A DNA stretch of 64,000 bases from an uncultured Actinomycetes bacterium (GCA_963767525.1 CAVYEH010000002.1:58149-122148), one strand, 5' to 3'. Counted from the first letter of the stretch, positions 30,972-43,032 are shown. The notes: generated by a model not told the origin, from the letters alone. Made by a program: numbers and translations.

Positions 30972-33029
30972 GTGACCGGCATCATCATCGGAGCCGTCGT
31001 CCTTGGCGTTTTCGCCGCTCTCGGCCTTGTCATCTACAAGTCGCTGACCTACATCGGGCCGACCGAGGTCGGGTTGCCGACAAAGAGGTTCGGCGGGAAG
31101 CTCAACCCCGGCAACGTGATTGCGTTTGCGGGCGAGGCGGGCTATCAAGCAGACCTGCTGATGCCGGGTTGGCGGTTCAGGCTGTGGCCGGTCAACCGGG
31201 TCGACAAGTATCCGTGGGTGCAGGTGCCGGCGGGCGAGATCGGCGTCGTGATCGCGCAGGTCGGCGAGCCGCTCCCGATCGGCGCCAAGAGCGCCGAGTA
31301 TCGCGAGGGCTACGGGGACTTCCGCGATGTGCGCGCATTTCTCGCGAGCGGTGGACAGAAGGGCGTGCAGCGCCCGGTGCTGCCGCCGGGGACGCTCGCG
31401 CCGATCCACCCGGTCGCGTTCCTCGTCATCACGGCCCAGACGGTCTACGGCGAGCCGGTGGGACCCGATGTCCCGGCCATCGACAATCGCGGCAACTTCG
31501 GGCCGGCGAGTTTCGGGCTGCGGCCGGAGGACCTGTCTGTCGTCACCATCACCCCGAGCGCTCAAGCCGGCGATGTCGTCGGCGTAGTCACCGTGCTCGA
31601 GGGACAGCCGCTCGCCAAGGGCGACATCGCGAGCCGGCTCGGCGGCTTCGAAGACGTCAAGGAGCTCGAGCGCGAGCACAAGTTCGTCGAGATCATCGCC
31701 GCGCTGATCGGGACGAAGAACGACCTGCACAACAACTACCAGGACTTCCAGGCGTTCCTCGACAACGGCGGGCGCATCGGTCTCCAGCACGATCCGCTCC
31801 TGTACGGCGCCTACTTGCTGAACCCGTTCCTGGTGCAGGTCGAGCTCGTGCCGATGACCGTCGTGCAGCAAGGCGAAGTCGCGGTAATCAAGTCCTACGT
31901 CGGTCTGCCGACGGAGGACACGTCGGGCGAGCACTTCAAGTTCGGCGCGATGGTCAACCCGGGGCATCAGGGCATCTGGTACGAGCCACTCCGCACCGGC
32001 AAGTACCCGCTCAATCCCCGCATCTACGCGGCCGAGATCGTTCCGACGAGCATCCTCACGCTCAACTGGGCGACCGAGACGAGCGAAGCGCACAACCTCG
32101 ACGAGTCGCTCAGCCCGATCACTGCGAAGAGCCGCGAGGGCTTCGAATTCATCATCGACCTGCAGGTGCTCATTCACGTGCCGGACACGCAGGCGGCGAA
32201 GGTGATCAGCATGGTCGGGACGATGAAGAACCTCGTCAACGAGGTCCTCGAGAGCGCCGTCGGCAACCACTTCCGCAACAACCTGCAGGGAGAGCCGGCC
32301 GTGACATTCATCGAGACGCGCGATGAGGTGCAGAAGAAGGCGGAGGAGTACATCCGCACCTACCTCTCGCGCTACGAGGTCGAGACCCGCGGCGTGTACA
32401 TCCAGGGCGTGGTCTTGCCCGAGCAGCTCGTGCAGGTGCTGACCGAGCGTGAGATCGCCCGGCAGCAGCACACGACGTTCGAGCAGGAACGCGTTGCGGA
32501 GGAGAAGCGGGTCGAGCTCGAACAGGTGCGCGGGACGGCGGCGATGCAGGCTGATCTCGCGAAGTCGAGCGTCTCGATCAAGATCAAGGAGAACGACGCC
32601 GAAGGCCGGAAAGCCGAGGCTGCCGGCACGGCCGCGTATACGAAGATGACCGGTGAGGCAGATGCGCACGTCGTCCAGGTGAAGGGCGACGCGCAGGCAC
32701 ACGTCGTCAAGGCGACCGGTGAGGCCGAAGCGGCGGCGATCGAGGCCCAAGGTGTCGCACGCGCGATCGGATATGAGAAACAACGGGAAGCCCTCGGTTC
32801 TGACGCCACTGCTCTCGTCGCGGTCTTCAGCGAGATCGGCGACGGCAACGTGAAGATCGTTCCTGACGTCCTTGTGGGGAGCGGAGGGCCGATCGACGGG
32901 CTCGCGGCCGCGCTTACGCAGACCCTGCGCACCAACGGGAAGATCCCCGAGCAAGTGATCCCGGAGCAGGCGAAGAGCAAGTCGAAGCCGTCGGCGCAGC
33001 CCGAGGAGCCGGCCCCGACCGAGACGTAA
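30972..33029 (+). CDS. SPFH/band-7 (flotillin/YqiK-like) membrane protein
   Basis: N-terminal TM, SPFH domain, coiled-coil region rich in E/A/Q (…AEEKRVELEQVRGTAAMQADLAKS…). Confidence 0.65.
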   Translation: MTGIIIGAVVLGVFAALGLVIYKSLTYIGPTEVGLPTKRFGGKLNPGNVIAFAGEAGYQADLLMPGWRFRLWPVNRVDKYPWVQVPAGEIGVVIAQVGEPLPIGAKSAEYREGYGDFRDVRAFLASGGQKGVQRPVLPPGTLAPIHPVAFLVITAQTVYGEPVGPDVPAIDNRGNFGPASFGLRPEDLSVVTITPSAQAGDVVGVVTVLEGQPLAKGDIASRLGGFEDVKELEREHKFVEIIAALIGTKNDLHNNYQDFQAFLDNGGRIGLQHDPLLYGAYLLNPFLVQVELVPMTVVQQGEVAVIKSYVGLPTEDTSGEHFKFGAMVNPGHQGIWYEPLRTGKYPLNPRIYAAEIVPTSILTLNWATETSEAHNLDESLSPITAKSREGFEFIIDLQVLIHVPDTQAAKVISMVGTMKNLVNEVLESAVGNHFRNNLQGEPAVTFIETRDEVQKKAEEYIRTYLSRYEVETRGVYIQGVVLPEQLVQVLTEREIARQQHTTFEQERVAEEKRVELEQVRGTAAMQADLAKSSVSIKIKENDAEGRKAEAAGTAAYTKMTGEADAHVVQVKGDAQAHVVKATGEAEAAAIEAQGVARAIGYEKQREALGSDATALVAVFSEIGDGNVKIVPDVLVGSGGPIDGLAAALTQTLRTNGKIPEQVIPEQAKSKSKPSAQPEEPAPTET

Positions 33030-33091
33030 GGCCGGGTGACGCGGCGGTTGCGCCGACCGCGCCGACAGACCGAGCCGCTTGAATAGAACGC

Positions 33092-33469
33092 ATGAGTGAG
33101 CGCATGCGGCGCGTGAACGAATCTGTCCGGCAAGTCCTCGCTGAGGCGGTCCCCGAGCTCAAGGATCCGCGCATCGGGCTCGTTACCGTGACGGGGGTCG
33201 ACACGGCATCCGACTTGCGTCACGCAACGGTCTATATCAGCGTCCTCGGCTCGGGCCGCAAGCGCACCGCGACCCTCGCCGGCCTCGATGCGGCGCACGG
33301 CCTGCTCCAGTCCCGCCTCGCGCGCGAGTTGAGATTGAAGCGAACCCCACAACTGGCCTTCGAGTACGATCCGTCGGTCGAGCGCGGCGTGCGTATGAGC
33401 CAGCTCATCGACGAGCTCGCGCCGGACGACACGGATGACCCAGGGGACAACCATGGCAGAGTCGAGTGA
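33092..33469 (+). CDS. rbfA: Ribosome-binding factor A
   Basis: …RIGLVTVTGVDTASDLRHATVYISVLG… RbfA KH fold. Confidence 0.85.
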   Translation: MSERMRRVNESVRQVLAEAVPELKDPRIGLVTVTGVDTASDLRHATVYISVLGSGRKRTATLAGLDAAHGLLQSRLARELRLKRTPQLAFEYDPSVERGVRMSQLIDELAPDDTDDPGDNHGRVE

Positions 33470-34448
33470 CCTCCAGGCGATAGCGGACGCGCTGCGGGAG
33501 CACGATCGCTTCCTCGTCGTCACCCACGAGAACCCGGATGGGGACGCGCTCGGCTCACTTCTCGCCATGACCCTCGCTCTCCGTGGGCTCGGCAAGGACG
33601 TCGTGATGTATCTCGCACCCGGAGCCCCTCTGCCGCACGAGTACGGCTTCATGCCGCTGGGAGAGCTCGTCCGCGAACGCCCGGCCGACGCGGCCGAGCG
33701 GGTCGTCATTGCCGTGGACTGTGCGAGCGAGCACAGAATCGGCGATCCCGAGGCGCTCGCGAGCGCCTCGCTCTCGCTCGACATCGACCACCACCACGAC
33801 AACACCCGCTTCGGAGACGTCAACCTCGTCGTCCCCGACGCCTCGTCCACCGGCGAAGTCCTGCGGGACGTCTTCGCGGCGCTCGACATCGACCTGACAC
33901 CGGCGCTCGCCGAGCCGCTCTACATCGCCCTCGTGACCGACACGGGCCGCTTCCAGTACTCGAACACGACGCCGAAGTCGCTTCGCCTCGCGGCCGAGCT
34001 CGTCGAGGCCGGCGCCGACATCCACGCCGTCTTCAAGCAGGTCTACGAGTCCGTCGAGTTCGCGAAGCTCAAGCTTCTCGCCCGTGTGCTCGAGCGCGCC
34101 GAAGTGCTCGAAGGCGGGCGGATCGTCGTGTCCCACCTCCTGCGTGCTGACTTCGCGGACGTCGGCGCATCCGAGCCGTACTCCGAAGGGCTCATCGACT
34201 ACCTCCGGGAAGTCGAGGGCGCCGAGCTGGCGGTGTTCGTCCGCGAGCAGATGGGTCGCGGTGCGCACGGCCACAAGGGGTCGCTCCGCTCGAGCATCGA
34301 CGAGCTCGATGTCTCGGCGATTGCCCGGCGGTTCGGGGGAGGCGGGCACCGTCAGGCTGCCGGCTTCTCGAGCGACGCCACGCTCGCGGAGATCGTCGAA
34401 ACCGTCCGCCTCGGCTTCCTCGAGCAACGTGCCGCCACGCGCACTTGA
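33453..34448 (+). CDS. DHH-family phosphoesterase (NrnA-like oligoribonuclease / pAp phosphatase)
   Basis: DHH motifs HENPDGDALGS...DHH; DHHA1 GGGH. Confidence 0.75.
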   Translation: MAESSDLQAIADALREHDRFLVVTHENPDGDALGSLLAMTLALRGLGKDVVMYLAPGAPLPHEYGFMPLGELVRERPADAAERVVIAVDCASEHRIGDPEALASASLSLDIDHHHDNTRFGDVNLVVPDASSTGEVLRDVFAALDIDLTPALAEPLYIALVTDTGRFQYSNTTPKSLRLAAELVEAGADIHAVFKQVYESVEFAKLKLLARVLERAEVLEGGRIVVSHLLRADFADVGASEPYSEGLIDYLREVEGAELAVFVREQMGRGAHGHKGSLRSSIDELDVSAIARRFGGGGHRQAAGFSSDATLAEIVETVRLGFLEQRAATRT

Positions 34449-35118
34449 CCCGGCCGGCGTCGCGCTCGTCGACAAGCCGCGCGGCCCGTCCTCCTTCGCC
34501 GTCGTAGCCGAGATCCGCCGCAGGACCCGCGCGCGGACCGGGCACGCCGGAACGCTCGACCCATTTGCGACCGGGCTCCTGGTGCTGTTGTCCGGTAGGG
34601 CAACTAAGCTCGCCCCATGCCTCGTGGGGTTGGACAAGCGCTACGTCACCGAGATCGATCTCTCCGCCCGGACGTCGACCGGCGACCCGGAGGGCGAGGT
34701 CGTTGCGCGTCAGGAGCCGCCGGCGGAAAGCGAGCTCGCAGCGCGGCTCGAGCCCCTCCGCGGTGAGATCGAACTGCCGATCCCCGCCGCCTCGGCGGTG
34801 AAGATCGGCGGCGAGCGCGCGTACAAGCTCGCGCGGCGAGGGGTGGAGGTCGAGATGCCGCTCCGCCGTTCGATGGTGCGTGGGCTCGACGTCATCGCGT
34901 ATAGAGACGGAGTCGTCGCGCTCGACCTCACTGTGAGCTCGGGGACGTACATCCGCGCGATCGCCGACGCCCTAGGCGGCCACTGCGTGTCGCTGCGCCG
35001 GCTGGAAGTCGGGCCATTCTCGGTCGCCGACGCCGTCACGCCCGACGCGTTCGTCCCGGAGTGTCTGCTCAGCGAGGCGAGCGTTCTCGCGTCGCTCGAG
35101 GCGGCGGGCGTCGCGTGA
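34428..35118 (+). CDS. truB: tRNA pseudouridine(55) synthase
   Basis: …HAGTLDPFATGLL… catalytic Asp motif. Confidence 0.8.
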
Positions 35119-35981
35119 ACGTCGCCCGGGCTGTCGATCAGCTGCCGGAAGCGCGGCGGGGCGTCGCCGTGGGGACGTTCGACGGCGTGCACCTCGGTCA
35201 CCTGAGGGTGATCGACGCCGCTCGGGCCTCGGGGCTGCGGACGGCTGTCGTCACCTTCGACCCCCATCCGCGGGCTGCGCTGGGACGCCGGGTCGAGCTG
35301 CTGGCGACGCTCGAGCGGCGGCTCGAGCTCTTCGAGGCGGCGCAAGTCGACGACGTTGTCGTACTCCCGTTCGACGACTTGCTGGCGCGGCTCGAGCCGG
35401 CGGAGTTCGCAGAGCGCATCCTCCGCGGCATGGGCGCCGAGATCGTCGCGGCCGGGGAGACGTTCCGCTTCGGGCGGGACAGGCAGGGCGATCTCGCGCT
35501 CCTCGAGGATCTCGGCTTCGACGTCCGGCGCGTTCCCGTGCTCGAGAACGTCTCGTCGAGCCGAATCCGGGAGCTCGTCCACGGTGGAGAGCCGGCGCGC
35601 GCAGCGCGGCTCCTCGGACGGCCGCCCGAGGTCGAGGGCATCGTCGTTCACGGCGACCACCGCGGGCGGGAGCTCGGCTTCCCGACCGCGAACCTCGACG
35701 TGCCCGCGGAAGTGCTGGTTCCGCCCGACGGCGTCTACGCCGGCTTCGCTCGCGACCGGCTCGCGGCGATCTCGATCGGGACGAATCCTCAGTTCGACGG
35801 CGTCGAACGGCGCGTCGAGGCGCACCTCCTCGACTTCGACGGCGACTTGTACGACCAGCGGCTCGTCGTGGAGGTCTGGGATTGGATTCGCGGCCAGATG
35901 CTCTTCGAGTCGGTCGAAGCGCTCGTCGAGCAGATCCGCGCGGACACCGTGAACGTGCGCGGCGCCCGGCGGCCGGTCTAG
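35115..35981 (+). CDS. ribF: Bifunctional riboflavin kinase / FMN adenylyltransferase
   Basis: GTFDGVHLGH and PTAN motifs. Confidence 0.85.
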   Translation: MNVARAVDQLPEARRGVAVGTFDGVHLGHLRVIDAARASGLRTAVVTFDPHPRAALGRRVELLATLERRLELFEAAQVDDVVVLPFDDLLARLEPAEFAERILRGMGAEIVAAGETFRFGRDRQGDLALLEDLGFDVRRVPVLENVSSSRIRELVHGGEPARAARLLGRPPEVEGIVVHGDHRGRELGFPTANLDVPAEVLVPPDGVYAGFARDRLAAISIGTNPQFDGVERRVEAHLLDFDGDLYDQRLVVEVWDWIRGQMLFESVEALVEQIRADTVNVRGARRPV

Positions 35982-36054
35982 ACAGCGTCGACGCGCGGGA
36001 GCGCGACCCAGCCGATACGCGCGACGCCCGGCCGCGGGAAGTCGACGCGGTGGC

Positions 36055-37044
36055 TCATGAGCGCCGCGTCGAACGAGATGCGGTACTTGCGTCGCACCGC
36101 GGCGCCGGAGATCGGGTCGGTCTCCTGCTCGATGATCCAGCCGTCGCGGACCTCGGCTGAGACGCTGCCGAGCGCGTACCGACCTGGCTCGATCGAACTG
36201 TCGAGTTGGACACAGTGTTACTTGGGGGGTTTAGGCCGAGATCGCGGACTACGCGACGGATCGCACCGCTGCCGCGCCAGCTGTTCGTCAGCACCGCGAG
36301 CGCGACGCGCTCCTCCGGAACGAGAAGCAGGAGGGACTGAAAACCCGCGACCGAGCCCTCGTGGTCGAACGCGACCCGGCCGCCGTCGAGCTCGCGGCGC
36401 CAGCAGCCGAGGCAATACTCGGCGCAGAGCGCTTCCGCCTGCGGCTCCTGCAGCCCATGCGGGTCGTCGAACTGGTATTCGGCGAAACGGAGCAGGTCGC
36501 CGACCGTCGACCAGAGGCCGCCCGATGCATAGCGCGACGTGGGATAGGGCGGCGACTCGACGGGACGTTGTCCGGTCGCACCCGCTTGCACATGCCCGCG
36601 CGCCGCACCGTCGGGCTCATCGAACGATGTCGCATTGAGGCCGGACGGCTCGAGGATCCGGTCGCGCATCGCCTCGGCGAACGAGGTTCCGGTTGCCTCG
36701 GCCACGCGTTCACCGGCGGCCCAGTACCCCGAGTTCGCGTACGACCACAGTCCCTGACATGACTCCGGTAGCGGCTCCGAGACCTCGGGCTGGAGACCGG
36801 CGGTATGCGAGAGCAGCCGGCGCATCTCGTCGTCGAGCGTTCCGCATGCCGACGCGAGCGACGCGGTGAACCACTTCGTGATCGATGCGATGCGAAACGG
36901 CGTGTCGACACCCACTGGTCCGTCCGCGACGAGCTCGGCCGAACCGTCCACAAGCAGCCCCGCGGCGACTGCGGGCACGCCCGTCCGCGACCGCGCGTTG
37001 CGCACGATCTCCCCGAGCCGACCCTGCGGAATCGCGCTAGCCAT
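36055..37044 (-). CDS. Serine hydrolase, beta-lactamase (class C-like) family; C-terminal tail contains a degenerate copy of the 21-bp repeat
   Basis: SxxK motif ASITKWF; the tail after LTNSWRG reads ...[12 protein letters not shown]... (repeat-encoded), then low complexity. Confidence 0.65.
   Translation of the reverse strand: MASAIPQGRLGEIVRNARSRTGVPAVAAGLLVDGSAELVADGPVGVDTPFRIASITKWFTASLASACGTLDDEMRRLLSHTAGLQPEVSEPLPESCQGLWSYANSGYWAAGERVAEATGTSFAEAMRDRILEPSGLNATSFDEPDGAARGHVQAGATGQRPVESPPYPTSRYASGGLWSTVGDLLRFAEYQFDDPHGLQEPQAEALCAEYCLGCWRRELDGGRVAFDHEGSVAGFQSLLLLVPEERVALAVLTNSWRGSGAIRRVVRDLGLNPPSNTVSNSTVRSSQVGTRSAASQPRSATAGSSSRRPTRSPAPRCDASTASRSTRRS
36206..36224 (-). repeat. Degenerate copy c of the repeat (TTGGACACAGTGTTACTTG)
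   Basis: Shares CACAGTGTTACTTG with copy a; left half is diverged. Confidence 0.55.
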
Positions 37045-37140
37045 GCGGTTCCGCTACCCTACCCGGCGACCCAGGCTCGGCTCGCTGACGCCTTCGCGCG
37101 GTGGGCGGGACCTCGGGAGACGAACGAAAGGAGAGGGCAA

Positions 37141-37411
37141 GTGGCCCTTACAAAGGAAGCAGAAGCAGGAACTCATCACGAAGCACGGGCGCGGTGCAGC
37201 TGACACCGGAAGCACAGAGGTCCAAATTGCGATGCTCACGGAGCGCATCAACACGCTGACCGAGCATCTCCGCACGCACAAGCACGATCACAACACCCGC
37301 GTGGGGCTTCTCAAGCTCGTAGGAAAGCGCCGCCGCTTCCTGAACTACCTGCAACGGAAGGATCTCGAGGGCTATCGCGCCCTCATCAAGGAGCTCGGCC
37401 TGCGCCGTTAG
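37141..37411 (+). CDS. rpsO: 30S ribosomal protein S15 (single-base insertion frameshift ~37160)
   Basis: VALTKE|[64 protein letters not shown]...; GTG start after RBS AAGGAGAG. Confidence 0.85.
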
Positions 37412-37504
37412 CTCCAGAAATCAGGAGGGTGGAAGTTCGAGCGAGTGCGCGCGATCGCATTGGCTCGAGCTCCCGCTCTCCACAAGCACAGTGGAGGACA
37501 ACTT

Positions 37505-40028
37505 ATGAGTATCGCGACCGATCGCCGGGCGCAGGTCTCCGTCCAGATTGGACAGCAGGAGATCAGCTTCGAAACCGGCAAGCTCGCGAAGCAGGCGGAC
37601 GGCGCAGTCGTCGTTCGCTCGGGCGAGACGATGGTTCTCGCCACCGCGGTGGGACGCTCGGAGGCCCGCGAGGGCGCCGACTTCTTCCCGCTGACGATCG
37701 ACGTCGAGGAGCGGATGTACGCCGCGGGCAAGATCCCCGGCGGCTTCTTCAAGCGCGAGGGACGCGCGAGTGAGCGCGCCACCCTGACTGCGCGGATGAT
37801 CGACCGCCCGATCCGGCCGCTTTGGCCGAAGGGTTTCCGCAACGAGGTGCAGGTCATCTGCACCGTGCTCTCGGCCGACCTCGTCACCCCGCACGACATT
37901 CTCTGCATCAACGGTGCGTCGGCTGCGCTCATGCTGTCGCCGCTGCCGTTCTTCGGGCCGGTCGGCGCGGTGCGCATCGGGCTGATCGACGGCGAGCTCG
38001 TCGTCAACCCGACGTTGCAGCAGAACTGGGAGGAGACCTCCCTCGACCTCATCGTCGTCGGCACGAAGGACGGCTTGACCATGGTCGAGGCCGGCGCCGA
38101 CGAGGTGCCGGAGGATCTGCTTCTCCAGGCGCTCGAGCTCGCGCACAGCGAGATCCGCCGCCTCTGCGAGGCGCAGGAGGATCTCCGCGCGCAGGCCGGC
38201 AAGGCGAAGTGGCTCGACGCCGACCTCAACGCCGAGATCGAGTCGTCCCAGGGGCACGCCATCTGGGAGCGGATCCAGCGCGACGGTCTCGCCGCGGCGG
38301 GAGCGATCGTCGAGGAGCTCGGTTCCGACCTCGCTCCGGCGATCTCGATGGACTCGACCGACGACGACATCCAGCGCCAGATCCAGGTGCGGACGAGCCT
38401 CAACATGCTGCTCGAGAAGCAGCGGCTTGCGGCAGTCGAGGGTCCGGTGCGGGAACAGTTCGGCGATCAGCTGAAGGCGCTCACCGACGCCGAGCAGGAC
38501 TCGAAGGAGCTCAAGTCCGCGAAGCGGCATCTCCTCTTCGATCGCATCCTCGCCGAGGTGACTCTCCCGTTCCCGTCCGGCGGCGACGAGGGAGCGATGG
38601 ACTCGCTCACGAAGTCGTACGTCAAGAAGGCGGGCGACGCGATCTACAAGGACATCGTCCGGAAGAAGATCGCCATAGACAAGCGGCGGCCCGACGGCCG
38701 CGGCACCGAGGAGATCAGGCCGATCGACGTCGAGGTCGGGATGAACCCGCGCTCGCACGGCTCCGGCCTGTTCCAGCGCGGCCAGACGCAGGTGCTCTCG
38801 TCGCTCACGCTCGGCACAGCCAAGGAGGGTCAGCGCATCGACGACCTCTCCCTCGAGCGTGATCGCCGCTACATGCACCACTACAACTTCCCGCCCTTCT
38901 CGGTCGGGGAGACCGGCTTCATGCGCGGCCCGAAGCGGCGTGACATCGGCCACGGTGCGCTCGCACAGCGCGCACTCGAAGCGATGATCCCGACCGCCGA
39001 GGACTTCCCGTACACGATCCGGATCGTCTCGGAGACGCTCGAGTCGAACGGCTCGTCGTCGATGGGCTCGGTCTGCGGATCGACGCTCTCGCTCATGGAC
39101 GCGGGCGTTCCGATCAAGGCGCCGGTCTCCGGCATCGCGATGGGCCTCGTGAAGGAGGGCGACGACTACGTCATCCTCACCGACATCCAGGGAGCCGAGG
39201 ATCACCTCGGCGACATGGACTTCAAGGTTGCCGGCACGCGCGACGGGAATCACGGCGTTGCAGATGGACATCAAGATCACCGGCGTCACGCAGGAGATCA
39301 TGAGCAACGCCCTCGCCCAGGCGAAGCAGGCCCGCAACGAGATCCTCGACACGATGCTCGCGGTCATCCCCGAGTCGCGTGCCGAGCTCGCGTCGAACGC
39401 GCCGCGCATCTCGACGATCAAGATCGATCAGGAGAAGATCGGCATGGTCATCGGCAAGGGCGGCGAGACGATCCGCGGCCTCGAGGCCGACTACGAGGTG
39501 CAGATCGACATCGAGGAGGACGGCACGATCCTCATCTACGCGACCGACGGCGAGAAGGCCGCTGCGGCGATCGCCGCGGTCGAGTCGCTCACGAAGGAGC
39601 CCGAGGTTGGCGACGCGTTCACCGGCAAGGTCGTGAAGACGACCCAGTTCGGGGCGTTCGTCGAGCTCAAGAAGGGCACCGACGGCCTGCTCCACGTGTC
39701 GAACGTCGGCCCCGGCCGCGTCGCGCACATCGAGGACGTCATGAGCCGCGGTGACGTCGTCGACGTCGTCGTGCAGGAGGTCGACAAGGCCCGCGGCCGC
39801 ATCGGCCTCAAGCTCGTCGCGAAGCACGAGGACGGCGCGATGGTCACTCCCGAGGAGCTCGTCGAGCGGGCGAAGGATGCCCCGCCGAGGCCCCCGGAGG
39901 AGGATCGGCCCCGTGGCGGCGACCGCGGCGCGGCGGTCGCGGAGGCGGTGGGCGCGACCGGCGTCCGCGTCGCGACGACGAGTAGGGCAGCGCCAAACGG
40001 TAGGACTGGGTCAAGCGGCCGGAGGTAA
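37505..40028 (+). CDS. pnp: Polyribonucleotide nucleotidyltransferase (single-base insertion frameshift ~39250)
   Basis: Two RNase PH domains, KH and S1 domains; frame switches at ...[10 protein letters not shown]|ITALQMDIK...; long actinobacterial-style C-terminal tail. Confidence 0.9.
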
Positions 40029-40106
40029 ATCCGGCCGCTTACGCTTTCCGCAAAGGCTCATACGCGCGCGGCTCGCTGCCGATGATGCAAATCGGACGGC
40101 GAACAC

Positions 40107-41714
40107 TTGACAAGCACGAACATCTCACCGTTGCGGGGCCTCCTCGAGGTGACCCGCCTCCTGCGGGCGCGTGAAGATCTCCCGGCGCTGCTCGATGCGG
40201 TCGCCCGGACGATCGGCGAGACGCTCGGCTTCCGCACGGTCGCGGTGAACCTTTACCGGCCGGCGTGGGACGACTTCGAGGTCGTCGTCGTGCACGGCAA
40301 CGAGCACGCGCGCGCGGCGCTCGTCGGCAACACGCGCGAGGGTGCGCATCTCGTCGTGCTCCTCAACGAGCGCTTCGAGCGCCGCGGCGCGTACTACGTC
40401 CCAAAGGGGTCCGTCGACTGGGACTCGCTCGGCCCGAGCTACACGCCCGACGGCAAGCGGCAGGCGCATCCCGACGCGTGGGATCCCGAGGACGCGCTGC
40501 TCGTGCCGATGCGCGACGCCACCGGGAACCTCCTCGGCACGATTTCCGTCGACGAGCCCGTCAGCGGCCGCGTGCCGGCGACAAGGAACTCGACCTGCTC
40601 GTCGCGCTCGTCGATCACGCGGCGCTCGCCGTCGAGGAGGCGAACGAGACGCGGAACGCGCGCCGGCACCAGCGTGCGCTCGAGGAGCTGCTCGACGTCT
40701 CATCGCGGATCACCGGCGAGACCTCGACCGACGAGATCCTGCGCCGGGTCTGCGGCGGCATCCACACCGCGCTGGAGTTCGACAACGTCTGTGCCGCGCT
40801 CGTCGATCCCGACACCGGGGCGCTCGTGCCGCGGGCAGTGGCCGGTTGGAGCCTCAAGGAGATGCTCGCCCGTCCCCGCGCGACCGTCGCGCTCATCGAA
40901 CCGCTTCTCGACGCCGAGTTCGAGCGCGAGGGCTGCTTCCTCCTCACACACGCGCAGGCCCACTCGCGCCTCGCGCGTGGTGTCGACGTCTACCCGTCCA
41001 GCTGAACGGCCGCGGGCCGTGGGCGTGGAACCGGCACTGGCTCCTCGTGCCGCTGCGCGACGGCGACGGCGCGATTCTCGGCGTCATCTGGGTGGACAAC
41101 CCGCGCGACCGGCTCATCCCGTCTGCCGACCGCCTCCAGGCTCTGCGAATCTTCGCGAACGACGCGGCGGCCGCGCTCGTGTCGGGAAAGCACCTCGGCG
41201 AGCTCCGTTTCCTCGCCGACCACGACCCGCTCACTCGTCTCCTGAACCGGCGCGCGTTCGTGTCGCGGCTCGACGGGGAGGTCGCGCGCGCGACGCGGTA
41301 CGGGCGGTCGGTGGGTCTCGTCATCGCCGATCTCGACCGGTTCAAGGATCGCAACGACCAGTTTCGGTCACGCGGCGGGAGACGAGGCGCTCGTTGCTTT
41401 CGCCGCCATCCTCACGCGCGCGCTGCGCCGCCCTGACGCAGCCTTTCGCATCGGCGGGGACGAGTTTGCGCTGCTTCTCGCCGAGACGACGGACGGCGGC
41501 GCCGCCGTTGTCGTTGAGCGCATCCACGCGATGCTCGCCGAGCAGGGCGGCGAACGGAACCCCGGCGCTCGCGGGCTTGACGGCGAGCTTCGGCTTCGCC
41601 GTCGTGCCCGGCCGACGCGGTGGATGCGCAAACATTGTTCCGCGCTCGCCGACGAGGCGCTGTACGAGGCGAAACGAGCCGGCGAGGGCTCTCCTCGTCG
41701 TGGCCGGCGCGTAG
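40107..41714 (+). pseudogene. GAF-GAF-GGDEF diguanylate cyclase with about 5 frame shifts
   Basis: GAF segments, then DHDPLTRLLNRRAF...GLVIADLDRFKDRND ... RIGGDEFALLL ... ADEALYEAKRAGEG spread across three frames. Confidence 0.55.
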
Positions 41715-41735
41715 CCTGCCCGTCACCATCCGCTC

Positions 41736-43032
41736 GTGCAGAAGGTGACACTCAGCGAGCTCGACAGCGGCGAGCGCGTCGTCTCCGAGCGCCTGAACGG
41801 CGTGCGGTCCGTCTCGCTCGGCTTCTGGATCGACGTCGGCTCCCGCGACGAGCGCGACGACCGCGCCGGCGTCTCGCACTTCATCGAGCACCTGCTCTTC
41901 AAGGGCTCGCGCCGCTTCGACGCGCAGACGATCGCGGAGACGTTCGACGCGATGGGCGCCGAGCTCAACGCCGCGACGTCGCGCGAGAACACCGTCGTCT
42001 TCGCGCGCGTCCCCGACCACCACGTCGAGACGGCGCTCGACGTCATGGCCGACATGGTCTTCGCGCCGGCGTTCGCCGAGGTCGACCAGGAGCGGGAAGT
42101 CGTCCTCGAGGAGATCGCGATGTACGAGGACTCGCCGCAGGAGCTCGTCCACGACCTCTTCTCACAGGCGGTGTTCGGAGACCATCCGCTCGGCCGGCCC
42201 GTGATCGGCACGGCCGACGTCATCTCGACCGTCAGCCGTCGCGCGCTCTCGGCGTACCACCGCACCGCGTACGCGCCGGGGAACGTCGTCGTCGCTGCCG
42301 CAGGGAACCTCGAGCACGACCGCCTCGTCGCGCTGCTCCAGAAGAGCGAGCGCCGCGCGGGCGCCCCCGCGCGCGCCGGCACACGCGTCCGCCGTCCATT
42401 CACGCGCCCGCCGGCGCCCGCGCTCCGCTTCCAGCGGAAGGACACCGAGCAGTACCACGTCTGTCTCGGCGCGACCGGCATCTCGCGCTCCGACCGCCGC
42501 CGCTTCGCCGCGTCGCTCCTCGACTCGGTCCTCGGCGGCTCGGCGTCGTCGAGGCTCTTCCAGGAGATCCGCGAGAAGCGAGGCATGGCGTACGCCGTCT
42601 ACAGCTTTGCGTCGCAGTACAGCGACACCGGCGTCGATCGGCGTTTACGTCGGCACGCGCGAGGAGAACCTCGGCTCGTGCGTCGAGATCTGCATCGAGC
42701 AGATCGGCGAGATCGCGGCGGGGCGCCTCAAGAAGGGCGAGCTCGAGCGTGCGAAGGAGAATCTCAAGGGCCGGATCGTCCTCTCGCTCGAGTCGACATC
42801 GAACCGGATGAGCCGGCTCGGGAAGTCGCTCGTCACCGACACCGAGCTCATGACCCTCGAGCGCGTCATGGCGGAGATCGACGCCGTCGATCCGGACGAG
42901 CTCGCCGACGCTTGCGGCGGATCTTCTTCCGCCGGAGCGGCTCGCCGCCTCGGGTGTCGGGCCGGACGAGGGCAAGTTCCGCGCCGCTGTCGCGCGCGCG
43001 AGCTCGACGCTCACGATGACGAAGGCGGCCGC

